DNA of 64,000 nt from Glycera tridactyla (lineage: Eukaryota), in assembly GCA_965644265.1 (NCBI GenBank), contig OZ286472.1:40672001-40736000 (forward strand), given 5' to 3'. The notes under the pieces are model-generated. The model had not been told where the DNA came from. It saw only the letters and a list, made by a program, of their open reading frames with translations, and searched no databases. Both the position numbers and the translations under genes were made by a program. Below, piece after piece: positions 62,101-64,000 of this stretch; the first letter of the stretch is position 1; every line of letters begins with the position of its first letter.

Positions 62101-64000
62101 TTGGGTAAGGAATAAAAGTCGAGGCATTGACTTAGAATTATGCTGATATTTGTTGGCATAACGGCAGATCTTCGTATAGTCAAGTCACCATGGCTACCAC
62201 CACATTTGCTGTTACTATTTATTCGTCTCAAGGAAATACGCTGAACAGCAAAAGGTTTGTCACATTTTCCGTGCGAAATGCAAACGTCTCCCTGAATCAA
62301 TTATATTCCTATCGCACAACTGAGGGACAATAGTATATATCTCCGTGCGAGTGATGATACGTGCACTGTACAAGGACCAGTGCTTCTATTCGAACTTTAC
62401 TTTCGGTTTGGGTTTCTTTTGATCTTGTGTGCACATTCGAAGAATCATGGAATATGAATGTGGATCTAAACTTTGATTGTGCACTTCATGTGCAGGCCCG
62501 ATAGTTACAAATATAGATGTAGATGTAGTGGTCTATAGTCTGTTGACCTCAGTAAGTTCACTTCAAAATCACACTTCTTGGCAGGCTTGTCTAAGCATGA
62601 AGCTGTCTTAACTCCCATAGGAAACACCGAATTAACTCCATGAGCTGACCACTCTATGATCACCATCAGTCAATGCCAATAGTCCAGTAGACATTCACAT
62701 ATGTGTGAACTGGAGTGCTGCAGTACAGACATGCCCTCCTAGTGAGATGTGCATATCGTATATATCTGTGAAAGGGTTCAAGTCTAATCTTGGATCGCAA
62801 GCATCGTCCATTTTGTGACACATCTGTGCAGAAGTCTTATCAAGTGAGGCTTGGAGTGACTGCATTCAATTCGCACCACATTAGAGGGATATCACTTCAC
62901 TCCGATCTCACCGCGAATAGATCTTGAAATCAAGCATTCATACAATCGCTCAAGCTATATGAGAAATACGAGTACTAGAATCATGCTGAAAGATTCAATC
63001 CGTAGAATTCATAAATTGAAGTTTGTGATATGATGACTTCGATATGTCATCATATTCATTTTCATGGGAGAATGCTTGGGAGTTCTTTCATGTCGTCATC
63101 GTCGAATCTGTTTTTCTAAAGCGATGTGAACGGATCTTTGCGGTTCCTGCATTTGATGTGATCCGTGAAAAAAATATCGGAAAGAGGACAAATGGAGAAT
63201 CAACGCGTTGATCATCACGTTTCCAGTGCCATCATATACCCAATTCTTCAATGTTCGCCTTGTCACTCTTGTTATCGAAGGTAGGGAGTCAGATCCATCG
63301 CTAGTGATAGGACATACGAAGCTCTAATGATAAGACATACGAAGTTCATCACCACCTTGCTGCGAAAAGAGAAAAATCAGCTCCTCAGATCAAATCAATG
63401 CAGTGTGGCCGTGATGTGAGGCCGGGGTGTGTGGTGGGTGGAGGTGATGCTGCTATTGCAGCAGATGAGGCTGTTAGATGCGGGCTAGACAAGGATAATG
63501 ACCACTGATGATGATGAGAGGGACTGTCGCTCATTCAAATGGTGTACTTCTAACGAATCTAGTTGATTGATTCACAGTAATCAACGGAGAGGCTCTGCCT
63601 GCCGACTTGAAGAGAAATACCGCAAGAAAACATATCAGAATAACTCAGGAGTTGGCATTGCACTGAGGTCAAGAAGTCCGAAGGCCTAGTCATGTAAGCC
63701 GCATGTAGGCTATACTGAGATGCTGATGGTGTATGGAGGTCCTCTCTTCAAATGGGCATCGTAGTATGTACAAATGGGTAGGCCTCTCCAAATTTGGTTG
63801 ATCGATTATCTGGTTTATCGCCTCTTTGTAAGCAGCAGCTGAACTTCATTGAGATGTTTTGGCAGGGAACATGGGTAGGATCATTCAGGAATTTTCCATC
63901 TGGGTTTCAACCGATAGAATGACATTTTGCTCGCATACCACGGATGGATTACTGTAATATGCGTCTATGACCTTTGAAGCTATGAGATATCTCAGAACCA

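Overview
This is eukaryotic (animal-like, probably invertebrate) non-coding DNA from a gapped assembly. There are six N-runs, most next to simple repeats. I found no intact protein-coding gene, rRNA, tRNA, CRISPR array or prokaryotic feature. The window is a dense transposon graveyard. (1) One fairly young 5'-truncated non-LTR retrotransposon (about 50315-54204, +; Proto2/RTEX-like RT with a C-terminal Cys/His knuckle, two frameshifts and one stop) splits a (CTA)n microsatellite and carries a MITE in its 3' UTR. (2) A 5'-truncated CR1-group (Crack/L2-like) LINE lies on the minus strand at about 39447-40968. (3) About a dozen heavily decayed RTE, CR1/L2 and I/Nimb-like fragments are recognisable only from residual motifs. 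(4) Non-autonomous DNA elements include two copies of a ~755 bp TIR MITE carrying perfect RFX X-box palindromes, an internally deleted piggyBac, a possible CMC/EnSpm shell and a Harbinger-like inverted-repeat element. (5) A Helentron-type (HINE/DINE-1-like) family has one structurally complete copy (24582-25376) and a head-to-tail pair (36206-37289). Almost all short ORFs in the track are chance ORFs, microsatellite read-throughs, N-gap artefacts or pieces of decayed transposons. All family assignments come from motif recognition by eye, with no database search.
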